Source: Planctopirus limnophila DSM 3776 (GTDB lineage: Bacteria; Planctomycetota; Planctomycetia; Planctomycetales; Planctomycetaceae). From it: 32,000 nucleotides of DNA. The stretch is from the NCBI RefSeq assembly GCF_000092105.1, contig NC_014148.1:3330001-3362000 (forward strand), given 5' to 3'. Below the pieces are notes generated by a model. The model was not told the origin of the DNA. It saw only the letters and a list, made by a program, of their open reading frames with translations, and searched no databases. The position numbers and the translations under genes are program-made. Below, in pieces: positions 8,254 to 17,502 of the stretch. The first letter of the stretch is position 1, and each line of letters opens with the position of its first letter.

Positions 8254-9276
8254 TCAGGCAGAACCGACCAGTTGGAGATCGACTTCCAGTTCGCTGCAAA
8301 TCTGGCTGTTGATGCCGCGATTCTGCAGTTCATCGGCCAGCTTGAGGGCATTGAAGATCGAATGCCCATTGCTGGAACCATGGCAGATGATGCAATTGCC
8401 ATCCACGCCCAACAGTGGTGCGCCGCCTGACTCGTGATAGACGTACTTACGCTCGAGAGCTTTCAGAGCTTCAATGGCCTTGTTTCGCTCGACATCCAGA
8501 GCAGAAACCACAGCTTTCCCCACGGTCTTGAAGAGCATATCCACAATGCCTTCACTCGACTTGAGGATCACATTGCCAACAAAACCTTCGCAAATCACGA
8601 CGTCAGTGCGACCTTCATACAGATCGCGACCTTCGACATTCCCCACGTAATTATAGCTTTGAATGGCCTTGCTTTTCGCATATAGCTCCTGGGCTTCACG
8701 CACCAGGTCATTCCCTTTGCCATCTTCGCTGCCGATATTCATCAGCCCGATGGAAGGTTTTTCCACACCCAGCAGATTGCGAGCGTAAACAGCCCCCATC
8801 ACGCCGTATTGAAGAAGGTGCTCGGGACGGGCTGCAGGATTGGCCCCCACATCCATCAGTACACACCGACCACGCATCGTGGGCAAAACCACGGCAATTC
8901 CAGGTCGTCGCACATTTCTCAGAAACAGCCGGGTTCGCAATCCGGCGGCAACAACTGCTCCCGTATGCCCGGCACTCACCACAGCATCAACAGATTTCGA
9001 TGCCATCAATTGCCAGCAGACCGCGAGAGAGCAATTGGGCTTTCTTCGCAGGGCATCGGTCGGCTTTTCGTCCATGCCGACATAGCCATCAGCCGCCTGA
9101 ACTGTCAGACGGCGACCAAACTCAGGATGCGATGCGATCTCTTGACTCAACAGGGGTGCGTCACCCACCAGCACAATTTCAATGCCGGGAAGAGCCTCAA
9201 CAGCTTTAACCGCCCCTTCGAGGTTGGGCCCGGGAAACACGTCCCCGCCCATCGCGTCCAATGCGACTCTCGCCAC
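8254..9276 (-). CDS. plsX: Phosphate acyltransferase PlsX
   Basis: N-terminus VALDAMGGD, plus VSAGHTGA and a 340-aa length, typical of PlsX. GTG start. It sits in the classic position downstream of rpmF. Confidence 0.93.
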   Translation of the reverse strand: MARVALDAMGGDVFPGPNLEGAVKAVEALPGIEIVLVGDAPLLSQEIASHPEFGRRLTVQAADGYVGMDEKPTDALRRKPNCSLAVCWQLMASKSVDAVVSAGHTGAVVAAGLRTRLFLRNVRRPGIAVVLPTMRGRCVLMDVGANPAARPEHLLQYGVMGAVYARNLLGVEKPSIGLMNIGSEDGKGNDLVREAQELYAKSKAIQSYNYVGNVEGRDLYEGRTDVVICEGFVGNVILKSSEGIVDMLFKTVGKAVVSALDVERNKAIEALKALERKYVYHESGGAPLLGVDGNCIICHGSSNGHSIFNALKLADELQNRGINSQICSELEVDLQLVGSA

Positions 9277-9338
9277 AGGTTGATCCTTACTGGATGTTTC
9301 CAGACTGGTTCATGAACGACCAGCGAGACTCAAGTCGA

Positions 9339-9527
9339 TTAGTCCGCATCCTTCTCGTCAGCAACGAGAGTACGCCCCTGGTAATAGCCGCAAGTTGGGC
9401 ACACAACGTGAGTTGGCACCGGTGTCGAACACTGTGGGCAGCTCGCCAGTTGCAGCGGAGTCAGAAAATCGTGGCTGCGGCGGCGGCGGGAACGCCCTTT
9501 TGACTGCCGCCTTTTGGGAACTGCCAT
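9339..9527 (-). CDS. rpmF: 50S ribosomal protein L32
   Basis: MAVPKRRQSKGRSRRRRSHD N-terminus and a CxxC...CxxC zinc ribbon (CPQCSTPVPTHVVCPTCGYY). Confidence 0.95.
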   Translation of the reverse strand: MAVPKRRQSKGRSRRRRSHDFLTPLQLASCPQCSTPVPTHVVCPTCGYYQGRTLVADEKDAD

Positions 9528-9856
9528 GGCTCACTTCCGATCGACGTAAACATTTACAGAACAATGATTTAACAAGCACAAATCGATCCAGCACAGGCTC
9601 TTTGACCGCCCGGATACTGTCGTCGATCTGGTTTTCTCGAATAGGGATGGTATTCCTTTCTGGAAACAACTGTCAAGCAACGGCCAGTTTCCAGTATCCG
9701 GACAAACCTCTTTGTGATCTCCAAAATCTCAGGATCACCACTTTCTTCACGTTATCCAACCTCTTTTTGTCGTGTGCGTATTCGACATTCAATTCTCAGA
9801 TACGCTTAAATTCAAGACGAATTAAATCCCCATCGCTCAGAGCAAGGCTTCGCAAG

Positions 9857-12800
9857 ATGCAGCAGGGAATAACCGCCGTTCACCAGACCAACCGGAAATG
9901 GAGATTCTGGATCGATGTGGGCGGAACTTTTTCCGATCTTCTCGCGCTTTCGCCAGAAGGTCACCCTGCACTCCTCAAAACACTGAGCTCCGGCAGAATC
10001 AAAGGGGTTTGCCAGCGTGGCCATCCAGAACTTTTCCAGTGGGATGATGCTTCTCTGGGGCAGTTTCCCGCTGATTTTTTTACAGGCTACGAGTGCCTCT
10101 GGGGAAATCACTCCGAGGAACAAGTCCGTTCAAAAATTGTTCGCCATGAACAGATTCGATTTCCTGAACCTTTGAGTGAAAGCCACGCGACATTTTTTGC
10201 CAGATTCACGATTCAGCCCCAGGATTCATCAGTTTCGGCTGTCATCCCCGGCGAAGGCACACTCTATGAACTGACCTCGCACGAAGAAGCAGCCTTTTGT
10301 GGGATTCGCCAGATTCTTCGCCTGCCCCTCTCGCAACCATTGCCAGAGATTGACCTATCTTTAGGAACAACTCGGGGCACCAATGCACTGCTGACTCGGA
10401 ACGGGTCAAAGACGGCACTCCTCACCACCCGCGGATTGGGCGATCTCCCGAAGATTGGATCACAGGAACGGCCTCATCTCTTCGCCTTGCAGATTGAAAA
10501 GCCGGCTCAGCTCTTCTGCCAGGTGGTTGAAATCGATGAACGCATCTCCGCCGCGGGCGAGATTCTCGTCCAGCCGGATGCTCAGCAGATTCGCGAGCAG
10601 CTCCAACAATTGCTCCAGCAGGGGATACAGTCGATTGCGATCTCATTCCTGCATGCCTGGAAGTACCCCCAACATGAACAACTGGTTGCTCTTCTGGCAA
10701 AAGAAGCTGGCTTCATCGAAGTCTGCACGTCGCATCAGACAGCCCCTTTCCCCAAACTTGTTCCACGCACTGAGACGACGGTTCTCAATGCTTATCTGAC
10801 TCCTGTCCTCCGTTCGTATCTCAACAGTCTTTCAAGAGGTCTAGACCAAACATCTTCTCCCCAATCCCGGCAGGTGCGGCTCATGACCAGTGCCGGCACA
10901 CTGGTCAGTGCCCACAATTTCCGTGGAAGTGACAGCGTGCTCAGTGGCCCGGCGGGAGGAGTTGTGGGCTTTGCCAGAGCCGCCGAAGACGCTGGATTTT
11001 CCAAAGCCATTGGCATTGATATGGGCGGCACCAGCACGGATGTGGCGATTTATGCGGGAGAATTTCTGCGAGAGTTTGAAGGGGTGAAAGCGGGAGTCAA
11101 ACTGATTGGTGATCGACTGGCCATCGAAACTGTGGCAGCAGGTGGCGGAAGTGTATGCGATCTTGTCGGTCGCCAACTTGTCGTCGGGCCACAAAGTGCC
11201 GGTGCTTCACCGGGCCCGGCCTGTTATGGACAAGGCGGCCCATTAACCATTACCGATTGCAATCTGTGGCTGGGACGGATTGATACTTCCCGGTTTCCAT
11301 TTCCACTCGATCGAGAGGCGACCAGGCAACGACTTCACGAAACGCTTTTGAAACTGCAAAGCGTCATTAATTTTGAGCAGGCAGGGATGAAGGCGATCGC
11401 CTCGATTGAGGAATTGGCGGCTGGCTTTCTCGAAATTGCCAACGCCACAATGGCCCGTGCCATTCGGAAAATCTCCATCGAAAAAGGACAAATACCCGAA
11501 GATTATCTGCTGGTGGCCTTTGGTGGAGCCGCTCCACAACACGCCTGCGGTATTGCCCGATTGCTGAATATCCAACGCGTGCTCATTCATCCGCTGGCTG
11601 CGCTTTTGTGTGCCTATGGGCTCAGCCAGGCCAACGTGACTCGCCGAGGCGAACGCCCCATTTACCAGCGATTGCAAGAGACCAGCAGTGGTGGTCAGGC
11701 CACAGAAGAAACGTTGAATAACCTCCTGAGACTGGCTGGTGAACTGGAGGCAGATCTCCATCAACAGATTGAGCAGGAACATCTGCCGAGCCTGGTACTC
11801 AAACCTTTGCGGCTGGATGTCGCACTCCGTTATGCAGGTGCCGAGTCCGTCTTGGAGATTCGCTTGCCGGACGATCTGACAAATCTGTCGATGAGCGATC
11901 TGGCAAACCAGTTCCGCCGGTTGCATCGGTCTCGATACGGATATGACCGCCCTGCCGCTCAACTCGAACTGGTGGCGCTGCGCGGTGAACTTTCGGCAAC
12001 CCGGGAACGCATTTCATTCCATACTGATGTGCTGAAAGCTCATGAAGTTTCTCATACCGCATTCAACAAGTCGAAGTCTCCCATGACACAACGCTGGGGA
12101 GCACAGCGTCTATGGGTTGCGGGCAACTGGCAACAGGCGGATTGTTTCCCTCGGGAACAACTGACATCGGATGACGTGATTGCCGGCCCGGCTCTGATCA
12201 CCGACACGACCACCACCACTTTTGTCGATATCGGTTATGAAGCCCGGCGACTTCCCGGCGGTGAACTACTCATTTTAAAACCAGAGAAAGCAGCCCAGAC
12301 CGGCTCAAGCCGCCCATCACAACCGCAGTTGGAAAACTCTTCCGCAGCCACGCTCAACGAAAAAACTCCCGAAATTTCACCTGTCGAAATTGAGGTCTTT
12401 CATCAACGTCTGGCTTCCATTGCCGACGAAATGGGGATCAAACTCCAGCAGACAGCGATTTCAACCAACGTCAAAGAGCGGCTGGATTACAGTTGTGCGA
12501 TCTTTACAAGGCTCGGTGAACTGGTCGTCAATGCCCCACATGTCCCTGTCCATCTGGGAGCCATGAGCGAATCGGTCAAAGCCATACTCAAGGCTCATCC
12601 GAACATGGAACCTGGCGATGTCTTTCTCACCAACGATCCTTTTGCCGGTGGCTCGCATCTGCCCGATCTCACGGTGATCAGTCCGGTCTTCATTTCTTCA
12701 CTCACTGCGAACAACAAACCTTATCTGGCGGGGTTTGTCGCCAATCGGGCGCATCATGCCGAGATTGGCGGGATCGTGCCGGGAAGCATGCCTCCTTTCT

Positions 12801-14005
12801 CGAAATGTCTTGCCGAAGAAGGCGTTTTGCTCAGCAATCTGCGTATTGTGCATGGCGGCGTGCTCGATGAAGCGGGCCTGATGGCACGCTGGAAGGCTCC
12901 CCCCTATCCATCCCGCATGCCGGAACAAAATCTCGCCGATCTGCAGGCACAAATTGCGGCGAACACCCGTGGGGCTCAACTGGTTGCCGACTTCGTGCAG
13001 GAGCAATCCATCTCTCACTTTGAGCTATGCCTGAACCAGCTACAGCAGATTGCCTCCACCATGATCCGCCAAATGCTGGGGAAACTCCCTCCCGGCGAGT
13101 ACCCGTTCATCGATCATCTCGACGATGGCTCACCGATCCAGTTGACCTGCCGCATTTTCAAATCGGATTCTTCATCGAATCAAAAGGCAAACTCACCTGC
13201 CTGCCAACTCGATTTCACAGGAACGGGACCTGTTCTCAAAAGCAATCTCAATGCCAACCGCGCTATTGTCACAGCCAGTGTGATGTACACACTTCGGTCT
13301 CTTGTCGAGTGGTATCATCCCGATCAAGCCCACACGCACTTTCCACTCAACAGCGGGGTGCTTGAACCTGTGGAGATTGTGCTGCCCGAATGTCTGCTCA
13401 ACCCTCCTGCTCACCACGATCCAAAGCTCGCGGCAGCTGTGGTGGGGGGAAATGTCGAAACGTCTCAAAGGCTCGTCGATGTCCTTCTGGGTGCTTTTGG
13501 CGTCGCAGCCGCCAGCCAGGGAACGATGAACAACCTCACGTTTGGCAATGATCGCTTTGGCTACTACGAGACGATTTGTGGTGGAACAGGGGCGACTTCG
13601 CGAGGGCCCGGCGCAGATGCCATTCACTCGCACATGACAAATACACGTCTGACAGACCCTGAAATCCTCGAACAAAGATATCCGCTCAGAGTGAAAAACT
13701 TCTCCATTCGCCAGGGTTCTGGCGGTGCAGGCCAGTATCGAGGTGGCCATGGTGTCACCCGCCAGCTCGAGTTTCTGGAACCTCTTTCTGTCTCCATTCT
13801 TTCGGAAAGACGAGAGGGTTTCCGTCCTTACGGTGCTGCCGGTGGAGAGCCGGGACAACCGGGTCAGAATCTTCTCACACGCCAGCAAACTGGCGAAACC
13901 ATCGATCTGGGGGGCAAAGCAACCCTGCAGGTTGAAACAGGTGATCTGCTCACCATCCACACGCCCGGCGGTGGCGGCTGGGGATCTCCCGATATCTCGA
14001 CATGA
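9857..14005 (+). CDS. 5-oxoprolinase (ATP-hydrolysing), fused hydantoinase A/B (HyuA-HyuB, OPLAH-type)
   Basis: Real start taken at ATG 9857 ([27 protein letters not shown], the hydantoinase_A N-terminal motif). The B-domain motifs [19 protein letters not shown] and [23 protein letters not shown] are present. The 154 codons upstream in the track ORF are antisense to rpmF and are not protein-like. Confidence 0.85.
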   Translation: MQQGITAVHQTNRKWRFWIDVGGTFSDLLALSPEGHPALLKTLSSGRIKGVCQRGHPELFQWDDASLGQFPADFFTGYECLWGNHSEEQVRSKIVRHEQIRFPEPLSESHATFFARFTIQPQDSSVSAVIPGEGTLYELTSHEEAAFCGIRQILRLPLSQPLPEIDLSLGTTRGTNALLTRNGSKTALLTTRGLGDLPKIGSQERPHLFALQIEKPAQLFCQVVEIDERISAAGEILVQPDAQQIREQLQQLLQQGIQSIAISFLHAWKYPQHEQLVALLAKEAGFIEVCTSHQTAPFPKLVPRTETTVLNAYLTPVLRSYLNSLSRGLDQTSSPQSRQVRLMTSAGTLVSAHNFRGSDSVLSGPAGGVVGFARAAEDAGFSKAIGIDMGGTSTDVAIYAGEFLREFEGVKAGVKLIGDRLAIETVAAGGGSVCDLVGRQLVVGPQSAGASPGPACYGQGGPLTITDCNLWLGRIDTSRFPFPLDREATRQRLHETLLKLQSVINFEQAGMKAIASIEELAAGFLEIANATMARAIRKISIEKGQIPEDYLLVAFGGAAPQHACGIARLLNIQRVLIHPLAALLCAYGLSQANVTRRGERPIYQRLQETSSGGQATEETLNNLLRLAGELEADLHQQIEQEHLPSLVLKPLRLDVALRYAGAESVLEIRLPDDLTNLSMSDLANQFRRLHRSRYGYDRPAAQLELVALRGELSATRERISFHTDVLKAHEVSHTAFNKSKSPMTQRWGAQRLWVAGNWQQADCFPREQLTSDDVIAGPALITDTTTTTFVDIGYEARRLPGGELLILKPEKAAQTGSSRPSQPQLENSSAATLNEKTPEISPVEIEVFHQRLASIADEMGIKLQQTAISTNVKERLDYSCAIFTRLGELVVNAPHVPVHLGAMSESVKAILKAHPNMEPGDVFLTNDPFAGGSHLPDLTVISPVFISSLTANNKPYLAGFVANRAHHAEIGGIVPGSMPPFSKCLAEEGVLLSNLRIVHGGVLDEAGLMARWKAPPYPSRMPEQNLADLQAQIAANTRGAQLVADFVQEQSISHFELCLNQLQQIASTMIRQMLGKLPPGEYPFIDHLDDGSPIQLTCRIFKSDSSSNQKANSPACQLDFTGTGPVLKSNLNANRAIVTASVMYTLRSLVEWYHPDQAHTHFPLNSGVLEPVEIVLPECLLNPPAHHDPKLAAAVVGGNVETSQRLVDVLLGAFGVAAASQGTMNNLTFGNDRFGYYETICGGTGATSRGPGADAIHSHMTNTRLTDPEILEQRYPLRVKNFSIRQGSGGAGQYRGGHGVTRQLEFLEPLSVSILSERREGFRPYGAAGGEPGQPGQNLLTRQQTGETIDLGGKATLQVETGDLLTIHTPGGGGWGSPDIST

Positions 14006-14040
14006 GTCACTGGCATGAAGTAATAAGAGTGCCTGCCGAA

Positions 14041-14472
14041 TTAGCTGGCAAACTGTGACTTTAAGCCTTCGGAAGCGATCCAGACACAGCCAAAGGAAAT
14101 GATCAGCCCCAGCACAAAGACCAGCATCGATTGCCAGAAAATGTCGTAGCGAACGATGACACGCCAGAGTGTGTAAGGGGGAAACAGCACAAACAGCAGA
14201 CCTTTTTTCGCATTTTCCGCCAGCGCTATGGTACCGGCCCAGCTCATCCCGGCGGCTGTCATCGTCAGTCCCAGAGTGACACCCAGAATCAGCATCATCC
14301 ACAGACCTTGCGTCCCGCCGCGAGTACCGAGTGCATACAGCCCACCCAACGCGATTCCACTGACGATGACCACTGTCGGTGCGAACCCCTTCCAACGGAT
14401 CTGCAGTTTTTCCGGCGTCAGTCGATTAGTCTCTGTGACAGAAATTTCTGCCGTCTGAGGAGCGGAATTCAT
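14041..14472 (-). CDS. Small integral membrane protein (about four TM segments), unknown function
   Basis: Start moved to ATG 14472 (MNSAPQT...), which is preceded by GAAGGTGG and lies 10 nt after the carbonic anhydrase stop. Hydrophobic segments include VVIVSGIALGGLYALG, LWMMLILGVTLGLTMTAAG, LLFVLFPPYTLW and MLVFVLGLIISFGCVWIA. Confidence 0.6.
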   Translation of the reverse strand: MNSAPQTAEISVTETNRLTPEKLQIRWKGFAPTVVIVSGIALGGLYALGTRGGTQGLWMMLILGVTLGLTMTAAGMSWAGTIALAENAKKGLLFVLFPPYTLWRVIVRYDIFWQSMLVFVLGLIISFGCVWIASEGLKSQFAS

Positions 14473-14482
14473 TATGCCACCT

Positions 14483-15193
14483 TCAGGCAGGAGGATTTTG
14501 TGGAGTGCTTCCAGTGGCGCTGTTGAGCACGTTCGAAGTGACTGGCTGTGCCAAAGCCGCAGAGTCCATCGATTTATCACCCATTAGAGGTTCAAAAACA
14601 CCTGTATTCGGTGAAAAGGCATGCACCTGGCCAGTTTCCAATTGATAAATCCAGCCATGCAACGCGATCTGATTTCGCTGGAGTTTAACAGCGACAGCCG
14701 GATGCGTCTGCAGATTTTCCAGCTGAACGAGGACATGCTCCTGAATGGCGACTTCATAACGATCGGCTGGTGATAAAGCGGGATAGTTTTCTTCCATGAT
14801 CCTTCGCGTGGTTTCAGCATGCAGGAGCCATTGGCGTACCATGGGGAGCTTTTCAGTCGAAGCGGGGTTCAGTAGCGCTTTAATGGCCCCACATTGAGAA
14901 TGCCCGCAAACGATAATATCACTGACGTTCAAGGCTGAAACAGCAAACTCGATGGTGGCTGCTTCTCCTCCGGTCGATGCTCCAAACGGCGGGACAATAT
15001 TCCCGGCGTTACGGAGAATGAACAGCTCTCCGGGATTCGTCATCATGATCAGGTCAGGGACGACACGCGAATCGGAGCAGCCAATAAACAGAGCCACAGG
15101 CTTCTGGCCAGAACTCAGTTTCTCGAACAGATTCCGCTGCTTCTCGTAAACCTCTTTATGAAACTGATGTAAACCGGCGAAGAGGGTTCTCAT
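14483..15193 (-). CDS. Beta-class carbonic anhydrase with a roughly 35-aa C-terminal extension
   Basis: Zinc-ligand motifs CSDSRV and HSQCGA at the typical beta-CA spacing. The N-terminus LHQFHKEVYEKQRNLFEKLSSGQKPVALFIGC is also typical. Confidence 0.9.
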   Translation of the reverse strand: MRTLFAGLHQFHKEVYEKQRNLFEKLSSGQKPVALFIGCSDSRVVPDLIMMTNPGELFILRNAGNIVPPFGASTGGEAATIEFAVSALNVSDIIVCGHSQCGAIKALLNPASTEKLPMVRQWLLHAETTRRIMEENYPALSPADRYEVAIQEHVLVQLENLQTHPAVAVKLQRNQIALHGWIYQLETGQVHAFSPNTGVFEPLMGDKSMDSAALAQPVTSNVLNSATGSTPQNPPA

Positions 15194-15206
15194 GGGCAGA
15201 TAAGGT

Positions 15207-15286
15207 CCTGACAGGCTTCAAATCACACCAAAATACTCACGAATTCAATTTCGTAAATCTATCTGATTGCTTTTGAAATTGTCAGG
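15207..15286. promoter_or_regulatory. Inverted repeat upstream of the carbonic anhydrase gene
   Basis: CCTGACAGGCTTCAAAT (15207-15223) and TTTGAAATTGTCAGG (15272-15286) are near-complementary arms (CCTGACA and TTCAAA match) separated by 48 nt. They lie 14-93 nt upstream of the CA start on the minus strand. Confidence 0.3.
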
Positions 15287-15344
15287 TTCAGCAACTTTTT
15301 CTGCCGGATACTTTCCTGTTGAACAATCTGGAGACTCATCTCAT

Positions 15345-15911
15345 TTACAGTCGGGCGCGAACGGCTTCTTTCCAGGGTCCATTATCAACACCTTTCCACC
15401 ACAGAACGGCGGAGTAAGGTGCTCCAGCAGCAGAGGCCTTTGGAACAAATTTAGTGATTCGGAAAAAATTTCCATCGCGAATCGGCAACAGGCGAATTTC
15501 CTGATTGCGATTGTCAAATATGGAGCCCTCCGCAAGTACGACTTCACTGAGATGCTCCAACGCTTCGAACTCGATCGTGAAGAGCAGACCATTCACCCCC
15601 TTTTCCTGAGTCGGAACTATACGCCAGGCGGAGAGTCGAGCTGTGAAGACTTTAGGGGCCGGAGGTGGTTCGGGTTCCTTCATTTCAGCTGGCGCTTCGA
15701 CCACTGCGGGTGGTGGTGTCACCTGAGGTGGTGGTGCCGGCTCATCGTCATCTCGCTTGAAGCCAATGACTGGCTTCACTTCCGGCGCGGGCGGATTGAT
15801 CTGATCACAACCCCAGAGACTCATGATACCCACAGCCAGCAAAGCCCCTCTCAACAACTTGCGAGAATCAATGCTGAAGTCCAATGGCAGAGAGAGTTGA
15901 AAACAGGTCAT
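15345..15911 (-). CDS. Lipoprotein with a Pro-rich linker and a roughly 100-aa C-terminal domain of unknown function
   Basis: Start placed at ATG 15911 (MTCFQLSLPLDFSIDSRKLLRGALLAVGIMSLWGC, lipobox LWGC). The linker is PAPEVKP...EPAPPPQVTPPPAVVEAPAEMKEPEPPPAPK. The ATG overlaps the stop of the upstream ORF (ATGA). The antisense plus-strand ORF 15267-15917 is W/C/R-rich and is rejected. Confidence 0.6.
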   Translation of the reverse strand: MTCFQLSLPLDFSIDSRKLLRGALLAVGIMSLWGCDQINPPAPEVKPVIGFKRDDDEPAPPPQVTPPPAVVEAPAEMKEPEPPPAPKVFTARLSAWRIVPTQEKGVNGLLFTIEFEALEHLSEVVLAEGSIFDNRNQEIRLLPIRDGNFFRITKFVPKASAAGAPYSAVLWWKGVDNGPWKEAVRARL

Positions 15912-16225
15912 ATTTGAAGTCCCAAGAAGCGAGAAATCGCACCATCTGGCCCATACTCCATTTCGTTGACTCGCACTCCAATGCGAGACAACCAACCGCA
16001 GCGAGCCTGGGCCATTCGCAGATTGGCCCGGCCACACTCTACATTTCGCAGATGACGCCGCAATTGGCTCGATGCGATCTTCACAGGGATTTCATCGATT
16101 GGGGGAATTCTGGCATGTTGATTTGTGGGTTGGCTGGAGACTGGATGACTGAAGACTCGGTGGCTGGGGTCAAACGTCCTCGTTTGCCCCCAGGTTGTTC
16201 GATTCTCATCGGCCATAGCGAACAT
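15908..16225 (-). CDS. Hypothetical basic soluble protein (about 105 aa)
   Basis: Open frame whose TGA overlaps the lipoprotein ATG by 4 nt (ATGA at 15911-15908). The ATG at 16225 lies 2 nt after the stop of the upstream 77-aa frame. I see no motif I can name; there is no TM segment and the protein is Arg-rich. Confidence 0.4.
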   Translation of the reverse strand: MFAMADENRTTWGQTRTFDPSHRVFSHPVSSQPTNQHARIPPIDEIPVKIASSQLRRHLRNVECGRANLRMAQARCGWLSRIGVRVNEMEYGPDGAISRFLGLQI

Positions 16226-16227
16226 GA

Positions 16228-16461
16228 TCAAAAGTCAGAAAAATACGCCTCGGCTGCATTCGTGCTGGCAACACTCTGTTGCTGGGGCGGATGAAGACTT
16301 TCGACGCTAGAAACCCCGATGAAGACCACGCCCTTGCGCAAAGCCTTCAGGGTCGTGCCACCCAAGACCAATGTCAAAAATGGTGGAAGGACACGCGCAT
16401 GGCGCGGCTTCTTGTTGTCGTGGCGATGCACGACAACCCGGCCACAAGTTGGCCGGGCCAC
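16228..16461 (-). CDS. Questionable small ORF (77 aa, GTG start)
   Basis: Supported only by an open frame and tight packing with the next ORF. Its 5' third coincides with a string of GC-rich hairpins, so it may be a structured untranslated RNA instead. Confidence 0.2.
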   Translation of the reverse strand: MARPTCGRVVVHRHDNKKPRHARVLPPFLTLVLGGTTLKALRKGVVFIGVSSVESLHPPQQQSVASTNAAEAYFSDF

Positions 16462-16536
16462 CCGTCATCACCTTTGTTTGGGCCGCGCGATGACGACAAG
16501 TTGTGTGTCATGGTCAGGTCTTATCCCCGAGACGAA

Positions 16537-17460
16537 TCACTCGGTAATCGCACTTGATTGGGGAGGATGAATGACCGCGAGATAAGGTTTCAGCAATTGC
16601 GACCAGCGGCGATAGCCCTCTTCGCTCATATGCAGCCCATCGGCTACAAACAGTTCAGGGTTGGGTTTACCATCCGCCCCCAGCATGACCGTTTCGGTAT
16701 CGATAAAGGTGGCCTGGGGGTCTTTGCCGCAGATTTTCGCCAGTTGACTATTGGTTTCGCGAATGGATTCAATCATTTCCCAGCGTTTAACACTGGGTTT
16801 GATGCCCAAGACGATGATTTTCGTCTCGGGTAATGCGGTACGAACCCAGGTATGAAACTTCTCGAAGTTCTGCACGACTTCTCCACTGGACTGCTTGGCG
16901 GCAATGTCATTATCGCCCGAATAGATCACCAGCACAGCCGGTTGGAGTGGCTTCAGAATGCGTTCGGCATGCCGGACAAGATCGTCATATCGGGAGCCTC
17001 CAAACCCGCGATTGATCGGAGTGTATTCAGGGAATGAATCTTTGAGTTTCCATAAACGAATGGTAGAGCTGCCGCAGAAAACAAGGCCGCCCGTGCGCTG
17101 AGGATGCATCGTGTTCTCCTTGTCGAAAGCAGCGAGTTCCTTGTTCCATCGCTCTGCCTGTGGAACCGCGGCGGTCTGTGGCGGTGCCGCAGTGGTTGTG
17201 GCCGGGTTGTCGATGACCGTTGGTGGAGCAGCCATCACGTCCACTTGAAGGTACGCCACGGCATGCCACAAAACGGCACTGGCTCCCAAAAGCATCAACC
17301 AGCAGGTTCGACCAGACATCCAATGACATCCAGATGCTGACTGGCGATTGTGGCATAGTGTGTAAAGAAGATCTTTCATGGGATGAGTTCCTGTCGATCT
17401 GGCGGGAGAACAATCTTCTGGTGTCCATCGCAGAATGAGCCTGCCCGGAGGTAAACTCAA
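16537..17460 (-). CDS. Secreted SGNH/GDSL-family hydrolase (esterase/acetylesterase-like)
   Basis: The four SGNH blocks are present: LVFCGSSTIRLW (block I Ser), GFGGSRYDDL (II), VIYSGDNDI (III) and ADGLHMSEEGY (V, DxxH). The true start is probably ATG 17379 or 17319 (MSGRTCWLMLLGASAVLWHAVA signal-like). Confidence 0.8.
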   Translation of the reverse strand: MSLPPGRLILRWTPEDCSPARSTGTHPMKDLLYTLCHNRQSASGCHWMSGRTCWLMLLGASAVLWHAVAYLQVDVMAAPPTVIDNPATTTAAPPQTAAVPQAERWNKELAAFDKENTMHPQRTGGLVFCGSSTIRLWKLKDSFPEYTPINRGFGGSRYDDLVRHAERILKPLQPAVLVIYSGDNDIAAKQSSGEVVQNFEKFHTWVRTALPETKIIVLGIKPSVKRWEMIESIRETNSQLAKICGKDPQATFIDTETVMLGADGKPNPELFVADGLHMSEEGYRRWSQLLKPYLAVIHPPQSSAITE

Positions 17461-17502
17461 GGACGCAGGGGGGAATTTAACCCCTCATGCCCTTACAAAA
17501 CA

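Noticed and set aside
9395-9856. The 154-codon N-terminal extension of the track ORF 9395-14005.
   Set aside because: The extension is antisense to rpmF and to the intergenic spacer, is low-complexity, and is not protein-like. The hydantoinase N-terminal motif ([13 protein letters not shown]) begins right after the ATG at 9857, so the gene was trimmed to start there.
9528-9856. I looked for the yceD/DUF177 gene that usually precedes rpmF, or a frameshifted remnant of it.
   Set aside because: Hand translation of all three minus-strand frames gives only short fragments with no DUF177-like Cys-rich C-terminus. The 103-aa track ORF 9358-9669 overlaps rpmF out of frame. I treat the region as a divergent promoter spacer.
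15267-15917. 216-aa plus-strand ORF opposite the lipoprotein gene.
   Set aside because: It has a W/C/R-rich segment (HFSWRFDHCGWWCHLRWWCRLIV), which is typical of the antisense of a Pro-rich coding region. The minus-strand frame has a lipobox and a coherent domain layout.
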